Origin: Asterias rubens
Lineage: Eukaryota
Assembly: GCF_902459465.1 (NCBI RefSeq)
Contig: NC_047066.1
Location: 21,266,001 to 21,330,000 of the forward strand
Direction: 5' to 3'
Length of the DNA stretch: 64,000 nucleotides
Each line of letters opens with the position of its first letter. The first letter of the stretch is position 1. Below the pieces are notes generated by a model. That model made no database searches and was not told the DNA's origin. It was given only the letters and a program-made list of their open reading frames with translations. A program made the position numbers and the translations under genes. Shown here piece after piece: positions 1 through 13,300 of the stretch.

Positions 1-2123
1 TTCTCGGGTTACCTCTACGTTGAGTAGCTCCCAAACCCCAACATTAGCGTAGGTGGAAGTTAAAGGTAGTCGTTCAGACTGTGTGAGATTAAGCTGATTG
101 GCACCGTAGGCCCATGATGTAAACCTGAATTCGCAGGACTGGGTATCGAATGGGAACATTCTGGCGTTGATTTTACAAGAGGTCTTCAGTGTAGACGGTG
201 AAGACCATTCCACGTGTCCACTATTTTGTACAATCAATGGGATGCCCTTGTAACTGTCAAACGGTTTGTCAACGCTGTAATTGTAGGCATAAAATAATGC
301 AATTTAGTATCAGTTTAACAAACATCTAACAAGTTAAATAATTTTGATTTAAAAGGTTTCTCTGTGCTGCGAAAAACTTTAACCACATGTTGGTAAGCAA
401 TTTGATCAAAATTTCGACTTACTTTTTGTAAAGAGTAGTATCTGGCAGCCATATTTTAGACTTGTCGACGTAAAGAACATCAATGCCGTTGTAATCATTT
501 GGATCCCAAGTTAAATACTCGTCCACCCATATCTGAAAATGTAGATAAAATCAACCGGATATAATTAATAAAAACGAACTAGTTTTTTTCAGTTGAACAG
601 AGCACTGATCAAAATTTCATGCTGATCGTTAAAATAGTCATCCGTTTTTACAACAGCCACCAGAACTCGAACAAGACTATTTTGTAATTACCTTGAATTA
701 CATTGCCACAAACGATTCTCCAAATATAACACCAAGATCAAATATTTAAGTTTTGACGGCCAACTTCACGAAAATAAATTAAGTTTCATTCAGTTTCATT
801 CAGTTTCATTCAAATGCAGGCATGCTTCCCTACATTCAAACTAGGGTTCCTTTGTAGTCACTTCCCGAGTGACAGGCGGGTACCCATTTCTCGTCTGGAT
901 AACTACCTTTAAGCATCACTTTAACCAGGAACAATGGATTCACCTGGTAAGTATGCTGCCACCAGGCTTCCTGAAAGTCCATTATTTCGTTTTCGTGCGC
1001 AAATATACAAGCTACATTTTCGCAATTCTCAAGTTGAATGTGTACAGCCAATTAATGACAGCGATGCAATTGAAAAGTTGACCAGCCTCTTGCTGTTTGT
1101 TTTTGCGAAATTATACGATAATATTATATTAAGTTACAAATAAAAAGGTAACTACTGGAATAAATCAATTTATTTGCCAATGACTAAATACTGATTGTTA
1201 AAGGTTCTAAAACTATAAAACTGTACCTGGCTTAACCAAACTCCCATTTCCAAGGTCTGATATCGCTCACTCTGTAAGGAAAAAGAAAAAGTATGGAATC
1301 AAATCACGAGTTTCATTAAGGATAAAACAGTGTAAGGTCCTTTAAAGTTATAATTAGAATGATTTAGTCGCCAGTGATTAAAACAAATCCACCAGAATTT
1401 GAAGTATTGGCCACACACCATAACAAGCTTTTGTTCTTCACACACAACACAGTAAAACACTATACTTTATAATCAGTTCAACAACAATATACCTAAAACT
1501 ACAATTATATCTAACATGAAAAATTTCCATTACAATCATTACCAATTCTATGACTTGGCGGATTACCAGACTAAATACCACTGTTGTTACATCCGATACG
1601 TTATATACGGGTCGGGTTGATTGGAAACCGTAGCCACCAAGTAGCTCCTTCAGAAGTACATTCTGGGCACTCATCTGACGACATTCTAAACGCAGAAAGC
1701 GGGTATAAATTGTCATTAAAAAACTATATTGCATACGAAAGATGTGTTATAGTCATTAGTACCAACCAGCAAAACATACCCTTACGTTTACCTGCCGCCC
1801 CTTTAACCAAGTAAAGAATATTACACTATAATGATGAAGTGAAAAGGCAACTTTACTACAGTCCAGGGAGAATGTTTTTTTTTTCTTTCATTCATGAACA
1901 ACTACAACAGCACTTTGCTGAAAACTTAAAAACAAATGTTCAATGACAAACAATGTCTGCACAAACAGAAAACAAAACCTCAAACAATTAAAAATGCATT
2001 AGCATGTTCTACAGATTTGTTTAAAAAAAAAGGTTTAAATTATCAGAAATAAAACTTACCACTCAAAGAGGAAGACGCTGAAACTAACAGGAGAGGCAGA
2101 ACAATCCACCGCATCATTGACAT
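1..2123 (-). CDS. nAChR-like Cys-loop channel subunit, paralog 1 (3' end off window)
   Basis: Exons 2060-2123 (signal peptide MSMMRWIVLPLLLVSASSSLS), 1543-1685, 1227-1271 (45 bp, SERYQTLEMGVWLSQ), 423-532 (110 bp, WDPNDYNG..IWLPDTTLYKN) and 1-274 (Cys loop CKINARMFPFDTQSC, loop B TSWAY). All GT-AG with consistent phases. Confidence 0.93.
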
Positions 2124-2264
2124 CAATTTCTGGTGGAGCAATCCCATGTCGTAAACGATACAAAGACAAAGCTTCTCCACAGATAATGTCAAACTAAAGA
2201 TTTATGGTAAGATTTTCCTGTAGATTTTTGTTCATTTACTTGGTCAGCATGTGACGTACGACCA

Positions 2265-2279
2265 TTGGGCGTGGCATGT
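2265..2279 (-). promoter_or_regulatory. Conserved Sp/KLF-type GC box (TTGGGCGTGGCATGT) upstream of paralog 1
   Basis: The same 15-mer occurs at 8674-8688 and 16006-16020, and the core GGGCGTGG at 23818-23825. Each lies 140-240 bp upstream of a paralog ATG. Confidence 0.6.
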
Positions 2280-3709
2280 CCTCTAGAAAATCGCAAGTTT
2301 TTGTTTATATTATCGACCACTAATCGTTGTCTTTATCATTTAAGTCATCAGTAGATTCAGACTTTTATAGTTTTATATTGAACAGTTCTATCCGTCTGAC
2401 CATGTAAACTGTATCGTTTTGGAGCCTGTTGACCAATCAGAAGGCGGCATTTATGGTCACGCGATACATAAGAGCGTATAATTTAGGAGGTAACTGTGCA
2501 TCCATGCGAGCTTTATACTGTTACATAACACTTCGTTGACCTCGGTTTGCTCATAGAGCAAGTTAAATCATTTTGGGGGATGCAGTAGTTCATATGGGAG
2601 GACTACAAACAGAGGAAATATTACTCGTGAGATATCACTATAGTACAGATATAGTATAGTCAACTACGGCGTAGAATAGATAATAAAACAAAAGACACAA
2701 AATCGACAGATGAAGACGACCAACGAAACAATCTTGTAGGATTTTGGGACTTACAGTAACGAACTTTATCGGAAATCAACAAGGTGCAGATAATAATTAT
2801 GATGGTACTAACTCCAATGGTCACTCGAGCGATATTATTGTATGTAAATCTAAGATGTATATGTTGGTATGCTGGTATTCAATGCTACACTCAAATGGGC
2901 ATAATGGACATACATGTACTATAATAATTAGTAATACCAAATATAAACATTTGTATAGCGCTTTACACAGGCGTACATTACAAAAATAAACATTATATAC
3001 ATCATAATAATAATACACTTGACACTTATGAGCATAGTGAAAGAAAACAATTGTCACTATGCACGAGAATCGGTTGATTGGCGTGATACTCGGAACGAGT
3101 GGTATCAACTACAAATACAGATCCAGGTGAAGGGTGATCGCACGCACAATTATGTGACGTCATAAGTCAACTAAGTGGTTAAAATGATCTCCAACTCGTC
3201 CAGACTGACAAGTGACATGCACCTCTTTATCCTCTGATTGGATGATAAACCCCAAATAATGGAGAAAACAGAGTGCGAGCTCATTATGTTTTTCATTTTG
3301 CACTATATGAAATGGGGGTTCATTTTAAGTGGGGTGTACCCACAACGGTCTTATATTAATGCGGAGTCCCTCACACTGTAATAAAGAAACAAAGAAACTG
3401 GCGGTTTTTTCACTCAACTCGGCTGTTGACTGATTTATCCAACTTGTATACTCATTGTTGGATATTTGTTGGATAACAAATACAATGCATATGGCAAACA
3501 CAATAATCATTCAATAAGGTTAGTTTATGGAATTTAAAAGCAACGTTTTATTGTTGTTAAGCATTACCCTTTATACAACTACAAATTGACATGTTTATTT
3601 CTCAATATATGAACTATTTGCTCACTTTATTTTTAAACTTAAAACTTTTACAATCCATTATGTGATCTCATTGCTTGTATGATCCCCCCCAAAAAAATAA
3701 AAATCTAAC

Positions 3710-3878
3710 AGCAGTCACGGGTTCTCCGTTACAGAAGGCCAGTCCTTCTCTGGAGTTCACCCCATTCATACTGTGCTGTCTTTTATGTATGATACATTTT
3801 AAATCGACCATTGTTCATTGTTTATCTGTTTGTATGATGGTATGAATGGAAATCAAATAAACAAACAAACAAACAAAA
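3710..3878 (+). mobile_element. Probable LINE/SINE 3' end with (AAAC)n tail
   Basis: GC-richer block ending in aaataaacaaacaaacaaacaaa. Family not identified. Confidence 0.35.
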
Positions 3879-4584
3879 ATGCAAAATTGCTACGTATGTC
3901 TTCATCAGAGGTCATCGGACTCTTCAATGATTTGGTTAGAGAATGAATCCCTAATGGTAACCCATTAGGGCAATGGTATAATGCATAGAGACGCAACGGA
4001 AACGTTCGCTTTGCTTCCCGTAATTATTAATTAAAGAGTGTATTCAATAAAAGCTTTTGTAGTTAACAATCAGTGGTGTTTGCACAAACGGGTTATGAAC
4101 ACTCGGGTATGCCATATCTTTTCGGAATCGTGAGTACAAATTACTCTGAATTGTTTGAGGAAAAGATATAGAGCCCCGGTCGTCATATACTATCGACCTA
4201 TCATCAGGTGGACGTTTCTAATTTATAAATAGGCGCAGCCAGTCTTGAGTTTATTATTATACATAGATTATCGCTAATGTATTAACGAATGACCCAAGTT
4301 TACTTCTACTTTCATATTTTATCATAATATACTTTAAAGTACAATACAAGAGAGCATTTAATCTAAACTTGAGTTAACGCAAACACAAACACACAGAATC
4401 CACAGCTAACTGTTGTAACACGTGCATGGAAAGCGATTTTTTTTTCGAAAAAAAAATCAAACTTATATAAACATTGAATATCAATGACTTGACAAACTTT
4501 ACACTGATGTTTAAACATCATTCAAGTTTTAACATAGTTTTAAATGAGAAGGAGATCACATTATTGTTGTCTTATCACATGGTG

Positions 4585-7500
4585 TTAATCAACCTTGTTT
4601 AGATTCAGAAAATAGCATAAAATAGTTACACAAAATGATGTCAGTGTAACCAGAGTGCTGATGAGTAAGGCTGCACGGTCAATCACCAAGGCAACATCCC
4701 GCCACACCGGACCATTGAAGGCTCGATCATCACTAGCCTGGTGCCCTTCTCGTGCCGATCGGTGACCTTTGATTTCAGCGTGACGCTTTGCTCTTCCGAC
4801 GGGGGAGCTGATGGTTTTTGACCGGTTGGTCGATGCATATTCTCGCTTCTGAGCAATCTGAAGAGTGTCGGGGTGAATATTATGGTTCTCTACCCAGTCA
4901 TCCACCCGGTAAAGATGAATATCTGACGGGAGAAAGTCAGAGTGGGTACTGGTCTCGAGCCCGGAGTCCAGACTGCCATTATTTCGGCAATTTTCACCTG
5001 CTGGTTCGGCATCGAGAGTTCCTTCGGGAGTTGGGTATTTTACTAACTTACCTAGAACTCTGAATGTGAGGTACTTTATCGAGCGAGGTATGGGACGCCG
5101 GTTGTCCCGAAAGTAAATGTTGAGGACGACTACGGTGATGATGATGGAGAAACATGACAGGATGATCATGGACGTGAAGTAAAAACCTATGTGGGGAAAA
5201 TGGACATAATAACTTTCCCTCAGTAAAAATCATTTCAGATTTGAATGTTGAAATTACAGGTTACTTTTATGTAACTGTTACTTCCCATAATTAAAAGATA
5301 TATTTACCAATTATTGGAGTGTTTTCTGATGCTGGAGGCAAAAATGTTCCAATCTGCTGCTGAAAGAGAACCAACGACAACAGGTTGGTCATACCCAGTG
5401 ATATCTTCTCCCCTGATTCCGGGGGCAACACAAACACCATGAGATTTAGAAGAGAGAGCAGAACACACGGGAGGACAATCTGGAGCAAGAAGAAGAGAGG
5501 TCGTCTTTGCAGATGAATAAAGTAAGATAGCTCAGTGTAGACTACAGATCCTTCATAGGACTTGGATCCTCGAAGATTCACTACTTTGAGTAGCTCCCAG
5601 ACCCCAACATCAGAGTACTCAACAAGTTCTGCCTCTTCAGACTTAGTTAGATTAAGCTGATTGTCACCGTAGGCCCATGATGAAAACTTGAGCTGGCAGA
5701 CCTGGGTGTCGAAGGGGAACATACCGGCGTTGATACGGCATGCAGTCTTGAGTATGGCCGGCGTGGACCAAAATACACTTCCATCACTGTTCACAATCAC
5801 TGGGATGTCCTTGTAACTTTCAAAATTCGTGTCAACGCTGCAATATCAAATAAAAGCAATTCAGTGTCAGCTTATTAAACACTCTAACAATTGTTGTTCT
5901 TTTTTTAAGCTGCGATCTTGTAACCTTAAATAAACGGTGAATGTTGACTGGCTTACGTAGTTATTTACTACACTGCAAAAACTGGGGTGCTAAAATTAAT
6001 ATTATTATTATTATTTTTTTTTTTTTGTTTTTGTTTTTTTTTGGGGGGGGGGGGTTCACAGAAAGATACCCATGACATGATAAAAAATAACACCAACGTA
6101 AATGTTTGCAGAAATTAGAATTATTGTGAACATGTACATTTAGATTATTTTCTTTCAATATCTACGTGTATCAACACCTATGAAATTTTTAACGCAATAG
6201 TTTCAGCAGTATAAATTTCAATCAAAACATGCAGTATCTTTTGTAACGTTTAACTTGAATTACATGGCGACGCCTCAGGTTCGCAATTTTATCAAACTTC
6301 GAACATAATTTGATCAACTTACTTTTTGTATAGAGTAGTATCCGGTAGCCATATTTTAGACTTTTCGATGTAAAGATGGTCAACGCCGTTGTAATCTTTT
6401 GGATCCCAAGTTAAGTACTCGTCCAGCCATTGCTGGAAAAAGTAGCATGAATTGGTCATTATTAATTAAAAGATTAGTTGTACAGTTGAACAGAGATCTA
6501 ATCAGAAAGTCATGATAACTGATATCTCCTTTTACAGCCGCCACAACTTGAGCGAGAAGGATTATCTTCCTTGAATCACCCATTTAAAATTTGTAATCTT
6601 TAAACCAAGCTCGATTATTCAACATCAAATAACTGTTCCGTTAGTTGTCAAATTACAAAGAAATAAGTAATTTATCATACTTATTATCCTTGCCGATAAT
6701 TATATTATTGTTCACGAATTTAAAACTATAACACTGTACCTGGGTTAACCAAACTCCCACCTCTAACGTCTGATAACGCTCACTCTGTAAAGAACAACAA
6801 CACAAAATAATACATGTTTTAATCATGTTTCAATCAGCCATCATAAAGTCTTGTTTAATAGATGACAAAATTCTAAGTCACCGAAAGCGTCAAATGCTCG
6901 GACTGACTAATTACTATTGTCATGAACTGTTAACATAATCATCGTGATGAAAGCGAAATAAAGGTTAAATAATATCATCGCCACAAATATTTGACAAGCA
7001 ATCTTTGAAAGGAAAATTAAATTTGATCTATCGAAACCCTTAAAACTAATTGCGTTTATCCTTTTATAAAAATTAAATAAAAAAAGTCATCCACACAATT
7101 CCTGGTAGCCGTTAACGAGACGCACTTATCGCTCCTACGGGGATTATCGTTTCTGAACCTGAAATAATGAGTTATTGAATAACAATAGCGCAATTTAATA
7201 CCATGCAGGTCGTGAAAACAGCCACTGTTGGTTCCAATTTCCTGCCCTTTGTGTTGAACATGGAGGTTTGAGTTTTACATGGAAGTTAATTTTGTTGGCC
7301 CCGAGCCGCATGACGTGTCCTTGTTTTCCCCGTGTTACAATAATAACAATAATAATAACAATACCTTTTTACGGGTTGTATGTAGTCTTGAAATCAAGTT
7401 CAAGTTTAGATATGCAGTGTTTTAAATACATAATGTGGAGGGACAATCAGACCACTTGGTGCTTGACATGTGCTATTGGGTCCATGTTTTGGGTCCATGT

Positions 7501-8437
7501 ATTGCGTCTTCAACTCAGAAATCTTTATAGGCCTTTAGAGGAAAACAATTACGGGTACAAGAAATAAAGTGTGTAGCTTGCTAAAATTTTGTGATGCCCT
7601 GTGCCCATAGCGGGGTTTGTATAATATTCGGAAAAGCATTTACCAATTCAATGACTTGGATGAGTGTCAGACCAAATACCACCGTTGTAACATGTGATAA
7701 GTTATAAACAGGTCGGGTTGATTGGAAACCGTAACCATCGAGTAGCTCTTTCAGAAGTACATTCTGGGCACTCATCTGACGACATTCTTTAAAATAAAAA
7801 CATTGAGGGGAAAACATACAGTAATTCCATTTTATTATCATGGTTTATAAATAAAAGGTAAGGTAAGATAAGGGTCATTTTTACTATAGCAATCATAATC
7901 GGGTTGTATTCGTTAAAAATACATCAAAGGTTACACACAAAACACCAAGGGTAGTTGTACTTTTCATTGACAAATATGTATACTGCAGACGTCAGACGCA
8001 TAATCAAACCAGCTAAAATAACCTTAAGTCTACATGCCATCTCCCTCTTCCCAGAAAACAATATTTAGTAATAGATCCCATTCTTGGCGAGTATGACCCG
8101 GAATCAAGCATATTATGCCTACTTGTATATCTACCGGAAGAAAACCCCTTTTGTTTTACTTTGCCAGGAATAAAACGAAATAGAATTCAAAACAATCACA
8201 GTATTTTTTATACTAAAAGATTAAGAGTTAATAATTGAAGGACAAACAATTATAAATAATTTAAAAAATGTATATACACAAACAGAAAAAAACATACAGC
8301 CATTAATATCCATCCACATGGACTTAAGATTTAGGCCTATATAGGCATGTGTTTAAATCATGATATAAAGTCTTACCACTCAAAGACGGAGACGCTGTAA
8401 TCAACAGGAGAGGCAGAACAATCCACTGCATCATCAT
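4585..8437 (-). CDS. nAChR-like Cys-loop channel subunit, paralog 2 (complete, ~496 aa, non-alpha type)
   Basis: Exons 8377-8437, 7644-7786, 6740-6784, 6323-6432, 5308-5837, 4585-5186 sum to 1491 nt with an open frame. Cys loop CRINAGMFPFDTQVC; M1 then M2 PPESGEKISLGMTNLLSLVLFQQQ; M3; M4 after WRDVALVIDR. No vicinal CC in loop C. Confidence 0.95.
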
Positions 8438-10318
8438 TGCCACTTTTCTGGAGCAAATCCCTTGTCTTAAACGAATCAAAGGCAAAGCTTCTCCACAGAT
8501 AACTTCAAATTAAAGAATGACTGTCGGTATTTTCCTGAAGCTTGCGATGGGTCGAAAACGCATTGTACTACACACGTATATGAGTACACCTTTACGCTCC
8601 TTTCCATTAAAAATCGCCAGCCAACCGTGAGTAGAATAAATACTCGTTCGATTAATAAGATGACGTTTTACTCTTGGGCGTGGCATGTTGTCAAGGTAAC
8701 AGTTAACGTTTGTTATTATAGACCATTAATTCCATTCGTGATTAAACAATGACCAGAAGGACCTTCCATGTACCATGATGGTATTTATGTTGCTTGAACA
8801 GAGTACAGTTATTATTACCTAAGTTTTATCGATGCATGATTTCATTGAGTTGATGTTATAACTTTGGCATGTTCAAAGTTATGCGTATACGTTACGTACT
8901 TAATAGGTATGTTTACTTTAAACATTGGAAATGGTCCTCGAAAGCAACAACCAACGAGCAAAGATTTGTTTTGTCCTCTAGCTCTTCATGCTAGTCTGAA
9001 ATGAGAGCCGTGTAAAGAATTTACCAATGTGCCCAATCCCCGGATAGGCTCTTTATGAATTCGAGCCCTCTTGTGTCGGTTATCACTTTAAAAAGTTTTA
9101 AGGCAAGGTGCATCTCAGTTCCTATATTATAGAACAGTAGTTTCGTTATATGGGCTCATCAGCTAACTGATTCTTCCTAAGTTTTCGCAATTTAATTCAC
9201 GAATCATGATTCTTTTAAATTTCATTCAGTCAGACTAATAATTATTTAAAATTTGAAACATACATCATATTACATGTAGGCTACACGGTACATATGTCTG
9301 CTTTATTCACACAAACTTAGCGCTTTACCTAACAAGTGTTTCAGCGAGCAAGTTAGTCCATGGGGTTTCATGAACAGTTGTTTATTTTCCATCATTTATA
9401 GCAATACGTTTACAAGAAGGCCAAAACCAAGTTTCCACAATATATACATACGCAATAAATACTATTTAGTAATTAATAGTAGTATTTAACTTTTGTTTTG
9501 CCTATTTCTACTTCATTGGTTTTCCTGGTTGTCTTTCGTGTAGTTTTGTCCTTTGTCATATTATTTCACCAGCCGTTTTTTATTTTAACATTTTTATTGT
9601 GGTCCTTTTTGCGTTAATGTTTTTGTTCGATATCTTTTGTCGTGTGATATTTTCTGTGAACTGTAATTTATAATAATATCTTTTCTGTGAACTATTATAG
9701 TTCTCGGTTGTCGGACTAATTTGCCAAGTTTGGAAAACCATATTGATGCAATCAAACTGTTGACTGTATTCCCTAGGGGTTGTTTTATAATGGAAAAGCA
9801 AATGGAAACGCTCTGCATTGCTTTGCTAGTTGCTACTTAAAGAATTTGTTCGGTTAAATAAAGTGCAATTTAAAAATAATGGTGTCTGCAGAGACACACA
9901 CTCCAATATATAATCCATATCTACATACAAATTATGCTAAAATGTTTGAGCAAAAAGTAGCTCTATTATCCACTATCAGTTGGATATTTCTACATAGATA
10001 AAGCCAGGCTTGTAATAATTATTTATGTATACGATTAATATTATTAATCTATATTTACTGCGTATTTTTGTTAATGTTTTATTAATTATGATACTTCAAA
10101 GTACCTGTGAGATACAATCCAAAATAGCAATAGAGTTGAGTTAATGCTCGCATACACAACTTTTACAGCTTTACTATAAACTTATCCTTATTTTTCGAAG
10201 AAATTTCAAATTTTGTACACAATCATATCGAATGACAGCTTTGACCACATTTTTACATAAACATCGGTCCAATTTCAGCATTTCTTTAGGAAGGAGATCA
10301 CACTATGGTCAAATTGCG

Positions 10319-13300
10319 TTAATTCAAATTGAGAACATAACATGTGGTAGTTACACAAAATGATGTCAGTGTAACCACGGTGCTGATGAGTAAGGCTGTA
10401 CGGTCAATCACCAGGGCAACATCCCGCCATACCGGACCCTTGAAGGCTCGATCATCACTAGTCTGGTGCCCTTCCCGTGCCGATCGGTGGTCTTTGATTT
10501 CAGCGTGACGCTTCGCTCTTCCGACGGGGGAGCTGATGGTTTTTGACCGGTTGGTTGATGCATATTCTCGCCTCTGAGCAATCTGAAGAGTCTCGGAGTG
10601 AATTATGCGGTTGTCCATCCAGTCATCCAGTACCCGGCAAAGATGAGTATCTGAGGGCGGCATGCCAGAGTGGTTACTTGTCTCGAGCCCGGAGTCCAGA
10701 CTGCCATTATTTTGGTAATTTTCACCTGCTGGATCTGCTTCGAGAGTTTCTTCGGGAGCTGGGTATCTTACTAACTTACCGAGAACTCTGAATGTGAGGC
10801 ACTTTATCGAGCGAGGTATGGGACGCCGGTTGTCCCGAAAGTAAATGTTGAGGACGACTACGGTGATGATGATGGAGAAACATGACAGGGCGATCATGCA
10901 CGTGAAGAAATACCCTATTGGGAAAAAATAGAAACAGTAACATTTACTAAAACATGAAATATCATATTGGATTAGTTTTTTTATACACGAGTGTCTTGTA
11001 AAGAGAAAGAATGTGTTCATTTTCTTCAAAGGAACGTCAAAAACGGTTTTCCTTTACAAAAACTGTTTAGATTTGTATGACATTTATTTGGCAGGTAGAA
11101 ACTTACGTAACTTTTAGTCATATAAAGGGTCATAGACTGGTAACTCCAAAATTATGGCTATGACTTTACACAATGGGTGAGGATCACTTTAGCTGTTCAA
11201 AGTATAGATCTTGAGAGAGGAATCCCTTCAAAGTAATATGGTTTGATACATTAAAAAAAAAAAAAAAAAAGGGCTTTGAAGGATCATTGAAAAGAAAGCT
11301 CAACGTTATTATTTGTGATTTGATTGAATAAAGTCATCACCAGTTGTTGAAGAAGCTTCGAGGTTACTTGAAGAAAGCACAACATCGAGATTGCTATCTT
11401 CTCTTTCTCTCTCTTTGGCAAATATGGTGGCCGTTTGTGGCTGGGTATTTTATCAGCGTTTAGACACTGTTTTCAGCTGAAACTTTAACATGTGACGTTA
11501 ACTGCATAATTATGTCTTCGAAAATTGTGCGCTATAAAAATTCAGAATTACATTGACAAACAAATCTATTACACCTTTAAACTTAACTATGAAATTTGTT
11601 AAATATTTACCAATTATTGGAGTGTTTTCTGATGTTGGAGGAAACAATGTCCCAATTAGCTGCTGAAAGAGAACCAGTGACAACAGGTTGGTCATACCCA
11701 GTGATATCTTCTCCCCTGATTCCGGGGGCAAGATAAACACCATGAGATTCAGAAAAGAGAGCAGAACACACGGGAGGAAAATCTGGAGTAAGAAGAAGAG
11801 AGGTCGTCTTCTCAGATGAATAAAGTAAGATAGCTCTGGGTAGGCAACCGGTCCGTCATACGACTTTAATTCATGCTGAATCTCTATTTTGAGTAGTTCC
11901 CAAACCCCAACATCAGAGTAGTCGGCCTTTGGATCATTCAATCTATCAGACTGTGTGAGATTGAGCTGGTGATTGCCATAAGCCCATGATGTAAACTTGA
12001 GCTGGCAGACCTGGGTATCGAATGGGAACATACTGGCGTTGATACGGCATGTAGTCTTGAGTATGGCCGGCGTGGACCAATATACACTTCCATCACTGTT
12101 CACAACTACTGGGATGTCCTTGTAACTTTCAAAAAGTTTTTCAACGCTGCAACATAGAAACAAAATGCATTTCAGTTTCAGCGTATGATATCTTACAAAG
12201 TGTACACTGTTCCGACACACCTTACAAAGTGTCAACTGTTCCGACACACCTTACAAAGTGTCAACTGTTCCGACACACCTTACAAAGTGTCAACTGTTCC
12301 GACACACCTTACAAAGTGTCAACTGTTCCGACACACCTTACAAAGTGTCAACTGTTCCGACACACCTTACAAAGTGTAAACTGTTCCGACACACCTTACA
12401 AAATGTCAACTGTTCCGACACACCTTACAAAGTGTCGACTGTTCCGATACAGTAGTCGGAACAGCTTATGTTTTCGTCAAGATTTGTTTATTTTTTCTTC
12501 TTATTTCTTTCGCTCTGTCGAAAAACCCATAGGTTTTGTACACACATTTTTGTTAGTACTAAAAATCATACTTGGCTTGTTTAAGAGTCAGTTCATATTA
12601 AAGCTTAGGTCATGAAGTTTATATACACTTAGTTAAATTATAAGCTTTACCTCTTAAGTTATTTTGCATAGTAACAACGACACAAATTTGTTAATTAGCC
12701 AATCTTGATACCATCATATCTCCAATGTCTTTTTCTTCTCGTAGTCCTATTCCTTATGTTTCTGTTCGTATTCATGTATTTGTAGTTAAAGGGAAGGTTC
12801 ACGTTTGGTAATTACTCAAAACAAATATTAACTTAAAAACTGACTTGGTAACGAGCATTAGAGAGCTGTTGGTGGTATAAAACATTGTTGGAAACGACTC
12901 CCTCTGAAGTAACGTAGTTTTTGAGAAAGGGGTAATTTCTCACTCAAATAATAAAAGACTTCTAGCTAGAAGTCTTTTATTCTTATCTGAAAGCACACCA
13001 ATTCGTCCACGTGGTTGTTTTTTCTTTCATCATTTCCTCGCAACTTTGATGACCAATTGAGCCCAAATTTTCACAGGCTTGTTATTTTATGGTTATGATG
13101 GGATACATCAAGTGAGAACACTGGTCTTTGACAATTACCAAACGTGTACTTTCCCTTTAATCATAATTTTTAAACTGATGTATTATGTATATAAATGTTT
13201 ATGGGTGTGCGTGTATGTATGTGCGTGTATTTATATTACTTTATACCGTTTTTGAATACTTCTATCTCTATGGCTATTTTTATTTGTACAAATAGTAGTA

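Noticed and set aside
4818-5063. - strand alternative-frame ORF conserved between paralogs 2 and 3 (also 10543-10791)
   Set aside because: It overlaps the real last exon out of frame; its similarity is a by-product of the duplication.
12193-12447. 29-bp repeat of CRISPR-like length and the three overlapping + strand ORFs over it
   Set aside because: Units are directly adjacent with no unique spacers, there are no cas genes, and it lies in a eukaryotic intron. The ORFs are artefacts of a stop-poor repeat.
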